This document shows positions 43,501 through 55,104 of a DNA stretch of 64,000 nt, in pieces. The DNA is from Macrostomum hystrix (Eukaryota > Animalia > Platyhelminthes): assembly GCA_950097015.1 (NCBI GenBank), contig CATNEN010000030.1:558001-622000 (forward strand), written 5' to 3'. The notes below the pieces were generated by a model. It did not search any database, had not been told where the DNA came from, and was given only the letters and a program-made list of their open reading frames with translations. The translations under genes and the position numbers were made by a program. Position 1 is the first letter of the stretch. The number at the start of each line of letters is the position of its first letter.

Positions 43501-46500
43501 CTCTGAAATTGAATTTGGTAACTCTTGGATTTCACATGAAATTCTACCGCTTTTTGAGAACTCACAAATTAATCGATCAAGGGTTAAAAATCATAAAATT
43601 TTCTGCTCTCTTTTTCAAGCAATGCAAAGTGCCAGTATATGAAAGAATCATTTACTTAAAGCTCCTCGAGTCAACCGAGACGCGATTTCTTTGGATTTTC
43701 CATGGACTTTCCATGGATTTATCATAAATTTTCCTAGGATTTCCCATGGGCTAGGGCTACACCACGTTACTCACCCTGTCCGGACCGGCGTCGCCACGCA
43801 CCAGGCAGTGCAGCAGGGCCTCATTAAGCGGCATCTGGGCCTCCTCTTTGAAGCCAAAATAGTGCATCATTGCAGCCAGCGCCATGACGTCGTAAGCGTT
43901 GCCGAAGCCACCGTCGGTGCCGCGCTCGCCGCGCAAGTCGAAATAGGCGCGCAGGTGACGCTCGGCGCCGGTTCGATCGCGCCTCCGGATAGAATTGAGA
44001 TAGCGCAGGAACAACAGCGACTCCAGGCCCGGGTGCAGGCCGCACAGCTGGCTCAGCCGCTCCTCCAGCTCGATGGGATTGGCCGCTACGGACGGATTGT
44101 GCTCAAATAGGAAGGCCTGCTCGGCGACTAGAGCCTCGGCGCGGCGCCTATCCAACTGCCAGGCGTCTGGCTCGTCTTCTGGCCGGAACCGATTCACGTC
44201 TAGCAGACCGAGAGTGCTCAGCTCCTGATAAAAGTTGGAGGACCGATATTTTCAAGAGGAAGCTAGGTCTGAAGGCTAATGGATGGAGGAAGCTAAGCCC
44301 GAAGGCTAATGGATGGAGGAAGCTAAGCCCGAAGGCTAATGGATGGAGGAAGCTAAGCCCGAAGTCTAATGGATGGAGGAAGCTAAGCCCGAAGGCTAAT
44401 GGATGGAGGAAGCTAAGCCCGAAGGCTAATGGATGGAGGAAGCTAAGCCCGAAGGCTAATGGATGGAGGAAGCTAAGCCCGAAGGCTAATGGATGGAGGA
44501 AGCTAAGCCCGAAGGCTAATGGATGGAGGAAGCTAAGCCCGAAGGCTAATGGATGGAGGAAGCTAAGCCCGAAGGCTAATGGATGGAGGAAGCTAAGCCC
44601 GAAGGCTAATGGATGGAGGAAGCTAAGCCTTTTCAAAGTTCGTAAAAGCCTCACCAGCTCCTCATTCTGCCGCCTACGCAGATCGTCAGGCCCTGCAAAC
44701 GTGTCGTTAGCGTCCACCGAGCCGTAATAGTACATGCGCAGCCGACCGACAAAGTTATAGGCCTGGGCAAAGGTGCGCGACTGGAAAGCGTAAACAACTT
44801 TGCGCATGAAGGCGCCGCAGACACTGGTTGGGGCCAGGCCGAGCCCCGCCTTGCCGTTACCGCCGCCCACTCCTCCTCCTCCGCCGACGCTGACGCCACC
44901 GCCGCGACCCTCATCGCGGAACATCGAATTTAGCGCCGGATAGGACAGGTAGGACTCCAGGTAGTTAAATGGACTGTGCGTCTCCTTTGTTGGCATCTTC
45001 ATAAAGAACTGACGCATGCGCCTATCCACCTGGGGAATAGTGAGTGAGTGAGTGAGTGAGTGAGTGAGTGAGTAAGTGAGTAAGGAAGTGAGTGAGTGAG
45101 TGAGTGAGTGAGTGAGTGAGTGAGTGAGTGAGTGAGTGACTGTGTGAGGAGTGAGTGAGTGAGTGAGTAAGGAAGTGAGTGAGTGAGTGGGTGAGTGAGT
45201 GAGTGAGTTAGTGAGTGAGTGAGTGAGTAAGTGAGTGAGTGAGTGAGTGAGTTAGTGAGTGAGTGAGTGAGTAAGTGAGTGAGTAAGGAAGTGAGTGAGT
45301 GAGTGGGTGAGTGAGTGAGTTGGTGAGTGAGTGAGTGAGTGAGTAAGTGAGTGAGTAAGGAAGTGAGTGAGTGAGTGGGTGAGTGAGTGAGTAAGGAAGT
45401 GAGTGAGTGAGTGGGTGAGTGAGTGAGTGAGTGAGTGAGTAAGTGAGTGAGTAAGGAAGTGAGTGAGTGGGTTAGTGAGTGAGTAAGTGAGTGAGTAAGG
45501 GAGTGAGTGAGTGAGTGAGGGAGTAAGGAAGTGAGTAAGTGAGTGGGTGAGTGAGTGAGTGAGTAAGGAAGTGAGTGAGTGAGTGGGTGAGTGAGTGAGT
45601 GAGTGACTAAGTGAGTGAGTAAGGAATTGAGTGAGTGGGTGAGTGAGTGAGTGAGTGAGTGAGTGAGTAAGTGAGTGAGTAAGGGAGTGAGTGAGTGAGT
45701 GAGTGAGTAAGTGAGTGAGTAAGGAAGTGAGTGAGTGAGTGGGTGAGTGAGTGAGTGAGTGAGTTAGTGAGTGAGTGAGTAAGTGAGTGAGTAAGGGAGT
45801 GAGTGAGTGAGTGAGGGAGTTAGTGAGTGAGTGAGTAAGTGAGTGAGTAAGGAAGTGAGTGAGTGAGTGGGTGAGTGAGTGAGTGAGTTAGTGAGTGAGT
45901 GAGTAAGTGAGTGAGTAAGGGAGTGAGTGAGTGACTGTGAGTGAGTGAGTGAGTGAGTGAGTGGGTGATTGAGTGAGTGGGTGAGTGGGTGAGTCAGTGA
46001 GTGAGTGAGTGGGTGAGTGAGTGAGTGAGTGAGTGAGTAAGTGAGTGAGTGAGTGAGTGAGGAGTGAGTGATAGATAGGGTGATTGAGTGAGTGACTGTG
46101 TGAGGAGTGAGTGAGTGAGTAAGTGAGTGAGTGAGTGAGTGAGTGAGGAGTGAGTGAGTGATTGAGAGGGTGATTGAGTGAGTGAGTGAGTGAGGAGTGA
46201 GTGAGTGAGTGAGTGAGTGAGTGAGTGAGTGAGTGAATGAGTGAGTGAGTGAGTGAGTGAGTGAGTGAGTGAGTGAGTAAGTGAGTGAGTGAGTGAGTGA
46301 GTGAGTGAGTGAGGAGTGAGTGAGTGATTGAGAGGGTGATTGAGTGAGTGAGTGAGTGAGGAGTGAGTGAGTGAGTGAGTGAGTGAGTGAGTCAGTGAGT
46401 GGCACAGAGGACTAACCTGTTTGCACAGTGTCGGCTTCATGACGGCCCTGCCCCGGGCTAGCAGTGCCTCCATGGGGAACAGCTGGCTCTCATCCAGCTG

Positions 46501-46896
46501 GTCCAGGATGAAATTGAACAGCTGGAATTTCTCGTCAGGTGTGCGCACCATGCCAGACTCTGACGGCTGAGTTGATGAAGTCGCTGCCGCCGCCCCAGAT
46601 CCAATTACCGACGTTGACAGATTACTGACATCGCCGAGAGTGTCCGACATCATTGACGCAGAGGCCAGTTGTGAGCCGTCAAGAGCGCAGCCGTTGTTGT
46701 GGCACAGCTGAAGGTACTCCTTGATGATGACAAACATGCAGACATTGTGCGGCGTCAGATACTCCTGGTAGGTCTCAGCGGCCCTAGCCAAGTCGTCTTC
46801 GCTGTGCGGCAGAGCGGCAGCCGCCGCCACAGACGGATCGTGATCGCCGAAGCCGCCGACTCCGCCGCCGCTGAATGACATGCCACCGAGGAACAT
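40587..46896 (-). CDS. ANAPC5: Anaphase-promoting complex subunit 5, 5 exons, ~827 aa
   Basis: Exons 46896-46417 (YLTPHNVCMFVIIKEY), 45029-44655 (TSVCGAFMRKVVYAFQSRTFAQ), 44224-43775 (AEALVAEQAFLFEHN...LFLRYLN...YFD), 43030-42713 and 41447-40587 (GAFELASDLL...LAHLYHRLG...RNRAAAEY). All phase 0 GT-AG; motifs match APC5 in order. Confidence 0.88.
41465..42655. repeat. 32-bp minisatellite in ANAPC5 intron 4, split by a SINE insertion
   Basis: Units of (g)attgagcacacttctcgaacc(t/c)catacc at 41465-41800 and 42388-42655. Confidence 0.93.
41801..42387 (-). mobile_element. Full-length tRNA-derived SINE, family 2, with TSD
   Basis: Reverse complement of 31223-31816, with a (GTAA)n tail and TSD tgaattgagcac at 41789-41800 and 42388-42399. 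Confidence 0.9.
43163..43449 (-). mobile_element. tRNA-derived SINE, family 3, with a CORE-like central domain
   Basis: Head GGTTGTAGACTAAAGGTTGGAGCGTCGG...GGTTCGATTCTC. The segment 43371-43311 (GTCCTTCAGCTAGGACACTTAACTCTGCATTGCTTCAGTTCACCCAGCTGTTAAATAGG) resembles the CORE/MIR domain. A degenerate copy lies at ~31832-31995. Confidence 0.7.
44259..44628. repeat. 30-bp minisatellite in ANAPC5 intron 2
   Basis: Tandem aagctaagcccgaaggctaatggatggagg, about 12 copies, between the donor at 44654 and the acceptor at 44225. Confidence 0.95.
45040..46400. repeat. (GAGT)n compound microsatellite forming ANAPC5 intron 1
   Basis: About 1.35 kb of gagt with gagtaagg and gggt interruptions. Confidence 0.97.
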
Positions 46897-47375
46897 GGCC
46901 CGCTTGCTGTACTTTAAAAAACCCGCTTTTAAAAGTAAGACAATAAGTGCTGGAATAGGGCAAGAGAAAAGCAGGAATTTTATTTTTTGGCGCTGAAAAA
47001 ATTAGGTGACTTTTAAACTACTGTTAGTAGCTAATTGCTCACTTACATGTGAACTTTTTTTCAGTGCAATAATATTAAGTTGTCAAAGTTTTAAATGTAC
47101 AGCAACAACAATTTGAAATCTATATTTCGAGACAGAGAAAGATATCCAGGTAATAATAACATGTACAAGAAACACGGCAACTGCTTTCAGGTGTCAAAAT
47201 CCGAAATAAAAGTGTACTATTAAAGGTAAAAAGACACAACAGACAACATTTTTTCTTCAGGGACGGAAATCGAAAAGTTTTCGTAATTAAGGCGGTTCTT
47301 GGGTGTAAAACTACTTACTATATTGCCTACTGTAAGTAGCAAACTAGCAACTATAAAACACAATACAACTCCAAT

Positions 47376-47930
47376 TCAATTGGATGACTGCTCATCTTGT
47401 CTTGCAGCCGAGAGTCGGTCCAGGAAGGCGGCGTTGGCGGCTCGCATCTCTTCGCGTCGGCGCTTTTCGCCGACGCGGCCAGTCGAAGCGGCGGCCGGCG
47501 AAGCTGCAGTTGACTTGGATGCCGCAGGCGGAGCTCGACGATTCAGTGGAGCGACGATCGCGGTGGACGATGATCGAGTAGTTCGCGTTGGCGGAGCAAC
47601 ACGCGCAGCAGACACAGCCGGGGAGCCAGTGGGCGGCGCTTGCGTCCGAGCCGGAACAGCGGGCGTCAGACGAACGCCACGACCTGGAAACGCGCCAGCG
47701 GAAGTCAAGTTGCTGGGCCTGGACGGCTGAATCTGGCTGGGCGGTGGGGCTCTTTGTAGGCTGACAACGCTGCCTGAGCGTCCGGCGCCACGAGATGCCT
47801 TGACGGCGAGTGAATGGGCGGAATTCTTTTCAAACTTATCAAAGCGGACATTAACAATTTTGCTAAAATAATTGTTGCTAAAAATAGAACTGGTAGGCTC
47901 CCGGCGTGAGGTGGGCTCCGCATATTGGTT
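47376..47930 (-). CDS. Orphan exon / uncharacterised low-complexity protein between PIG-M and ANAPC5
   Basis: Acceptor TATTTTTAG| at 47931, then 185 open codons to the stop at 47376, GC-rich and ending GEKRRREEMRAANAAFLDRLSAARQDEQSSN*. No in-frame ATG near the start; an out-of-frame ATG at 47923 opens a 72-aa hydrophobic ORF. Confidence 0.4.
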   Translation of the reverse strand, partial: NQYAEPTSRREPTSSIFSNNYFSKIVNVRFDKFEKNSAHSLAVKASRGAGRSGSVVSLQRAPPPSQIQPSRPSNLTSAGAFPGRGVRLTPAVPARTQAPPTGSPAVSAARVAPPTRTTRSSSTAIVAPLNRRAPPAASKSTAASPAAASTGRVGEKRRREEMRAANAAFLDRLSAARQDEQSSN

Positions 47931-48363
47931 CTAAAAATAGATACGGCCTCAAAACTCCAAGATTGGACTGTCATATATATTCTGATTGGCTTAAAGCAAT
48001 AGTTACGGGACAAAACTTCGTTTTACATCTTTACTGTAGGAACCATTCTATTCGTTCGTTCAGTCCTTTAAATATAAAGTCAATGAAAGACTAAAAGAAA
48101 AATGATAAGATAGTTGTTTAAAATCGATTGCAACACAGAAAAGCAGTTTATGTTTTATATAATTGTTGAAAATATACTTGAAAATAAGCATAAAAGCACT
48201 TAACAAAGAAACAGTGTTACAAAATATTAGGCATAAGTCTGTTTTACAGCAAACATAACGTAAATTCCATAGGCATTCCGAATCTGAACTACGCTTCGAA
48301 TATTCCCTAGACACGAATGCATGGAAGCAGCAACGGCAGATAAGCATTGACACTGTAAAAAAC

Positions 48364-50333
48364 TCAATCTTGTCGCTGCTTGATCCCATCCGTTTTCAGC
48401 CCATGCCTATAAGTGCGAAACAGTTGCCAGGTGATCCACGCGTTGCCTAGCAACACCAGCACGCTAGCCAGCCAGACCAATTCAACAATTGGCCAGAGTC
48501 TGAACTCCAGCAGGTAGGCCAGGCCGAGCCACACGGCCTGGGGCAGCAGCCAAGCGACTGCGAGCTGCCAGAGCGGCAGCCGGAGTCCGGAGGCAGACAG
48601 GCGGCTGAGCAATAGCGGCAGGAACACAATGTACCAGAGGAAGTACTGCGAGGTGATCACCTGAGGATGTGCGAATTCGGCTCATCAATAAATTATTAGC
48701 GGCGGGATGAGACAGGGAGAAGAGACAGGGGAGAGACGAGACTTTCAAGAGATAAGACAGGAAGAGGTGAGACAGATGGATATGATGAGACGCGGAGAGA
48801 TGAAACAAGGGAGAGATATGAGTTAGGGGAGAGGTAAGATAGGGAGGGATGAGACAGGGAAGAGAGATGAGACGGGGGAGATGAGACACAGAGGAAAGAT
48901 TAATCAGAGGGGATGTGACAGGGGAGACATGACACAATGGAGAGACAAAACAGGGTAGAGATTAGACAGGGGGAGATGAGACATAGGAATGATTAAGCAA
49001 GGCAATGAATTTTCAGGAGGTTCGCTTGCTGTATCAGTCTGGAGTTAGCGCATGTGCTCATGTGTTATTCAGGGTCAGATTACTTGCCTTATTCAAGCTG
49101 ACAAAGGCGAATGTGACAAAGAACCAGCACGCGTCCTGGTGCGGCACAGTCCAGGCGAACAGCAGCACCGAGCCGGCCTGCAGGCTGAAGGCCAGTCCCG
49201 ACAGCAAGCCGAGCAGCCTTCGCCGATCGGCCGCAGCCAGCAGGCGCATCGGTAGAAAGTACACAGAAAAATTATGCTGCGGATCTAGCCGGCCAAAGTG
49301 GTACAGGTAGGCCTGCGAGATGAATTCGTTGCTATAGCAACCGTAGAATATAACAAGAGGTACGCCGAAACCTATGGTGGCACAGACGGCGAGGGTAAGT
49401 AGGCGGGCCAGGGCTTGCTTAGAACTGGCGGAAGTGCGCCACACGTGCAGGCAGATTGGAGGACCATAGATCACCGGGTAGAGCTTGACATGCACCTGTA
49501 CAACATGGAGGCGGCAGTCTGTTAAAACTCATCTGGCGACCAATCAGATTAACTAGCGTAAAAAACTAATTTCACTAAAAAACTTCTACTAAGGTTTACA
49601 ACACTCAAGAGCCTCACAATCCGAGCACCACAGACAGTCCCAGCTCCTCACCGACAGTCCCAGCTCATCACAGACAGTCCCAGCTCCTCACCGACAGTCC
49701 CAGCTCCTCACCGACAGTCCCAGCTCCTCACCGACAGTCCCAGCTCCTCACCGACAGTCCCAGCTCATCACAGACAGTCCCAGCTCCTCACCGACAGTCC
49801 CAGCTCATCACAGACAGTTTCAGCTTCTCACTGACAGTCCCAACTCCTCACCGACAGTCCCAGCTCCTCACCGACAGTCCCAGCGCCAGGCCGCAGGCAG
49901 CATAGCGACCATCCAGCAGGCATCGCAGGCAGGCCAGCACGCAGAGCAGGATGAGTGGCTCGGCGCTGCCTCGGCTGGATACACCCAGCACAATGGGATT
50001 CCAAAGCCAGGCGGCGGCATTGGGCCAGCCAGAAAGTCCAGCTAGAAGGCAGCCGCAGGCAATGTCAGCTGCGGCAAAAATGCACTTGCCAAAGCCACTG
50101 TGTATTAAATAGTTGCCGAGGGTGACAATGGCAATCAAAGGCGTGTAGCGATACTCAGATTCGCGATAAGGCGACTCACCATGCAGCATGTGAAGCGAGG
50201 CATTGTTAAACACAGCATAGTCTATGTCAGTGTACTTTACATCAAAGAGTGCATCATGGGCATAGCTGTAGGCAATGAGGGCTGCACGAATGGTGCAACA
50301 GATCACAAATTGGTGACACCAGAATAGATCCAT
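48364..50333 (-). CDS. PIGM: GPI mannosyltransferase 1 (PIG-M), 3 exons, ~388 aa
   Basis: Exons 50333-49872 (VKYTDIDY, YRYTP, WLWNP...SSRGSAE), 49495-49088 (HVKLYPVIY, YLYHFGRLDPQHNFSVYF, FVSLNK) and 48660-48364 (VITSQYFLWY). The second intron has a GC donor. Confidence 0.93.
48705..48990. repeat. Degenerate gagatgagacaggg repeats in PIG-M intron 2
   Basis: Imperfect purine-rich repeats; the reverse complement resembles the 16-bp array at 61440-64000. Confidence 0.7.
49628..49883. repeat. 20-bp minisatellite made from the PIG-M exon 1 end plus splice donor
   Basis: Tandem cctcaccgacagtcccagct, which reads CTGGGACTGTCG|GTGAGGAG on the coding strand; about 12 copies. Confidence 0.93.
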
Positions 50334-51829
50334 GGCCACAATAGGATAATTTTGTTGGGTTAACACTGCAATCAGTCAGTTTTAGTTTATATATTTATTA
50401 TAATAAAAAGATGGAATAGCTTTTGAGACATAAAATTCTGAAATTATCCCCACAGCTCTAAGCCAATATTGCCCGGCTTGTAAGAATAATGTTCACCAGA
50501 AATTGACACTGCATACTATGCCAACATATTCTGAAACTATCACACTGTTCACATTTGCTGTAATCCCTACTATACTTACTATAGACATAGGGCCTATTTT
50601 TATCAAAACTAGCTATAGTAGCTATCAACATAAATATTTTCATTGATTTTTAGCTTATAGCTGTATTAAACAAAAATACTAAAATATTTTGGAATTAGAA
50701 ACAATTTCAAGTAGAACATAAATGTACTGCTGTGTAGAAGTTGGGATGGGCCATAACAGAATATTTTGGCACAGGAAACAGGATAGACTCAATACTAGAG
50801 CAGCAAAATGATTCTAGAAAGCAACTTTGCTAATAGCAAAGCTGGGTATTATCTACATAGCACCATAGGGATAAGCTCTGCCTCAAAGTAGGCCCTATAG
50901 TCATTTTTGCTTTCTACCAGTTACCAAACATAAAAAGACAGGCTAGAGGTTAATTGATATAGAAACTCTTCTAGAAGCAACATTTGAACCATTGCTATTA
51001 TTATTGGTTGAAAGTAATTATTATTTATAACATAATATAATATGTATTAACTTGTATATGTATGTTCTTCACAAAGAAGTAGTATAGAAATAAACAACAA
51101 TTAGGTAGATAAATTATGATAAAGAAACTTCACCCACTGTCTTGTAGTGGGTCATAAATAACAGATGACAGTGGGTCAACGGCCCATTTTATTTTGTAGA
51201 TTACCTATACCTAAAAAAACTATAGATAAAGTAGTTGGTGCAAGTTTGCTTTTCTTCACACTAGTGAACAAAACAGAACAAAGAACATCTTATATACTAA
51301 AAATGAAATGGTTGCTTGGTTGCTTGTAATTGATTTTCTCCCGAACGGCTCAACCGATTTTCACCATTTCTTCACCAAAATATGCCAAATATGGGCAGAA
51401 TTTTACACGTATTTTTAATAAGCTTAACTTCATTGTTAAGGGGATTAAATATTCGAAAAACTGTTTTAGATAGGATTTTTAATGCATTTCATCAGAGCCA
51501 GTTTTGTCAACGTGCATTCCACTGCCAATTTTAATGATTGCATCAGGGCCAGTTTTGTTAATAGTGAGTACACTGATAAGAATTTCACTGTGTCAAATGT
51601 ACATAGCTATGTCAACCCCACTGGCGAGACAGTCAGTGCGAATTTATAAATAGATTACATCACAGCTTTTCTCACCCGTGTGTGTGTGTGTGTTTGATTT
51701 GAATAGGTAAAATGTGCATAGCAGACTTCAATTCAACGATATATTGAGACATCTACTCCTTTCTTACTACAACATATAAATCATCAAATCTTTAACAAAA
51801 TTTCAATCGAGAAAAGAGTCCAACAGTTT

Positions 51830-53010
51830 TTTAAATGTCCAACAGTTTTTTAAATGTCCTACAGTTTTCTACATGTGTTTACCAGTATTCTAAATGTGTT
51901 TACCAGTTTTATAAATGTTTTTACCAGTATTCTAAATGTTTTTAACCGTATTTCAAATGTGTTTACCAGTATTCTAAATGTGTTTACCAGTATTCTAAAT
52001 GTTTTTACCAGTATTCTAAATGTGTTTACCAGTATTCTAAATGTGTTTACCAGTATTCTAAATGTTTTTAACAGTTTTTAAATGTGTTTACCAGTATTCT
52101 GAATGTGTTTACCAGTATTCTAAATGTTTTTAACAGTTTTCTAAATGTGTTTATCAGTATACTAAATGTTTTTACCAGTATTCTAAATGTTTTTAACAGT
52201 ATTCTAAATGTGTTTACCAGTATTCTAAAAGTGTTTACCAGTATTCTAAATGTGTTTACCAGTTTTCTAAATGTGTTTACCAGTATTCTAAATGTGTTTA
52301 CCAGTATTCTAAATGTGTTTACCAGCATTCTAAATGTGTTTACCAGTATTCTAAAAGTGTTTATCAGTATTCTAACTGTTTTTACCAGTATTCTAAATGT
52401 TTTTAACAGTATTCTAAAAGTGTTTACCAGTTTTCTAAATGTTTTTACCAGTATTCTAATTGTTTTTAACAGTATTTCAAATGTGTTTACCAGTATTCTA
52501 AATGTGTTTACCAGTATTCTAAATGTTTTTACCAGTATTCTAAATGTGTTTACCAGTATTCTAAATGTGTTTACCAGTATTCTAAATGTTTTTAACAGTT
52601 TTTTAAATGTGTTTACCAGTATTCTAAATGTGTTTACCAGTATTCTAAAAGTGTTTACCAGTTTTCTAAATGTTTTTACCAGTATGCTAAATGTTTTTAA
52701 CCGTATTTTAAATGTGTTTACCAGTATTCTAAATGTGTTTACCAGTATTCTAAATGTTTTTACCAGTATTCTAAATGTGTTTACCAGTATTCTAAATGTG
52801 TTTACCAGTATTCTAAATGTTTTTAACAGTTTTTTAAATGTGTTTACCAGTATTCTAAATGTGTTTACCAGTATTCTGAATGTGTTTACCAGTATTCTAA
52901 ATGTTTTTAACAGTTTTCTAAATGTGTTTACCAGTATTCTAAAAGTGTTTACCAGTTTTCTAAATGTGTTTACCAGTATTCTAAATGTGTTTACCAGTTT
53001 TCTAAATGTT
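51830..53010. repeat. AT-rich minisatellite, 21-bp unit
   Basis: Tandem aaatgtgtttaccagtattct, roughly 55 copies; the 456-aa ORF over it is an artefact. Confidence 0.97.
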
Positions 53011-53016
53011 GATTCT

Positions 53017-53430
53017 AAATGGGGGGAATTACTGCTCTGCTGCTGGGGGGATTACTGCTCTGCTGCTGGGGGGAATTACTGCTCTGCTGCTGGGGGGGGG
53101 AATTACTGCTCTGCTGCTGGGGGGGGGGGAATTACTGCTCTGCTGCTGGGGGGGGATTACTGCTCTGCTGCTGGGGGAGAATTACTGCTTTGCTGCTGGG
53201 GGGGGGATTACTGCTTTGCTGCTGGGGAGGAATTACTGCTCTGCTGCTGGGGGGAATTACTGCTTTGCTGCTGGGGGGGAATTACTGCTTTGCTGCTGGG
53301 GGGGGAATTACTGCTCTGCTGCTGGGGGGGGAATTACTGCTCTGCTGCTGGGGGGGGGGAATTACTGCTCTGCTGCTGGGGGGAATTACCGCTTTGCTGC
53401 TGGGGGGGGAATTACTTCTCTGCAGCTGGG
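53017..53430. repeat. Minisatellite with variable G-run (~23-28 bp unit)
   Basis: Tandem (g)5-10 aattactgctctgctgct, abutting the 21-bp array. Confidence 0.95.
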
Positions 53431-55104
53431 GAGACACTGGTTTTTTACTGCTGAGGGAATAGTTTTCACATGTACTTAAGTAGCATTAAGCTGAGTTGTA
53501 TCAAACGTAAGTTACTTGTGTAATTTTGCCCCGATGGGGCTCTTGGTGTACAGACTGAATGTCTCAGACAGACTATTTTTGTATTTAGTGAGAATTCAAA
53601 TTTTCGTTGAATCGCAATCACATACGAGTGTATATTTGCAATCAGGGAAATTAATACTGACAACATGAGTTTTCATTTTTGTTTGCTTTCAGGTTTATTT
53701 TGTCCTTCTGCATTACACAATATTTTTGTTTGAACAGTAGTGCCCCCCAAAGGGGGGCTTAGTGTGCTAGTTTATACTATTGATTATAGTAGGCCTACCT
53801 GGCCTAGGTAATTAAAACTAGAATAAACTAAATTTGTGATAGAAAATCGAACATAAATAAAGACTAAATGACTAAGTTCTGAAAAATTTCTCACAACTAT
53901 ACTTAAATAGATAAGATAGGGCTGAGTATTAGCTGATTGCCTGATTTAGTGATAAATTAGTATGGACAAACTGAATTCCCTGGCCTAATTTTGTTCATTC
54001 ACAGCTAGACCATTATTCTAGTGGCAGACATACATTATGGCATATGGGATAATAATAGTGCACCATGAAGTGTGAAAGTAAAAAAGTAAGAATCTAAATC
54101 ATATGACAGCTCAACATACAATGTACATAGTACTTTAGTGCATTGACGCATGACTGAATTTCTTGGAAAGCGCAAATTAAATTTTTAGGGCATCTGGTGA
54201 AACTTGTCGGTATAATTTCGCATACAAGCAATTATTGTCAAATTTATATTAAAAAATAAAATTTGAATAACAAAAATAAAAGATGGTGACTGGCCAACTA
54301 ATTAATATATTTCGAGCTAAAGGGCCTTGATACATCATCCAATGAACAAATCTAGTTCTTCGAATACCAATGTTATTTGAGGTTCAAATGTTGTTCTTGT
54401 GATTAATTCTCAAAATGTCAATTCATTAGGTGCTTCTATGTCGTTTAAGGCTAATGCTGTTTTATCTTGCATAACTTGACAGTTTTATAAATAACTTTAT
54501 AGATAGATAGACTGTGTCTTAACTTATCAGAAACTTATTTGCTTATTGTTAATACGAAATTTAGAGTAATTAGCCAACGTCTTTGACCGTAGAAATGTAA
54601 CGTGGCTTAACAAAGTATGATATATCTAAAGTAATTTATTTAGCCTAAGAGAAACCTAAAATAAAATATTTGTTTAAAATCAAATTACATATCTAATTGA
54701 CCAAGTATTTTTATCTCATGAACCGTAATATTAAAGTGTCACATTTGTGGACCTTTTAATTTGTATTTTTTCTTTAGTAATAGGTTCAGTCAGAGTGATC
54801 CAAATTTTATGCAAGTAAGACATACTGTTTTTAACTAGATTAGGGGGGCCTATACTTGTTTTTGCTTATTCTGCTAGTGCCTCATGTTCCTGTACTGTTT
54901 TTTATCTGTAAACTATACGCACTACCTGACCTATGTCTAGTTTTTTATAAAAGAATATTAGAATAGGCCTATGTAACAAATTATTGATAAGAATATGAAA
55001 AATTAATTTATGATATTTAGATACTTTAGAAGACAAATTTTGTGTCTTGAATTTATCATGTCACTTGAAATACAATTTTTGTACTAAATGGCTAAATGTT
55101 CTTA

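Noticed and set aside
44148-45029. LSFLHPLAFG repeats as part of ANAPC5
   Set aside because: Canonical donor (44654) and acceptor (44225) flank the array in phase 0, and APC5 similarity resumes after it, so it is intronic; read-through is only due to the 30-bp stop-free unit.
45764-46416. THSL-repeat protein extension of ANAPC5 exon 1
   Set aside because: Translation of the (GAGT)n intron microsatellite downstream of the donor at 46416.
52084-53479. 456-aa VFTSILN-repeat ORF and adjacent Gly/Cys ORFs
   Set aside because: Translations of two abutting minisatellites in an AT-rich intergenic region; no coding features.
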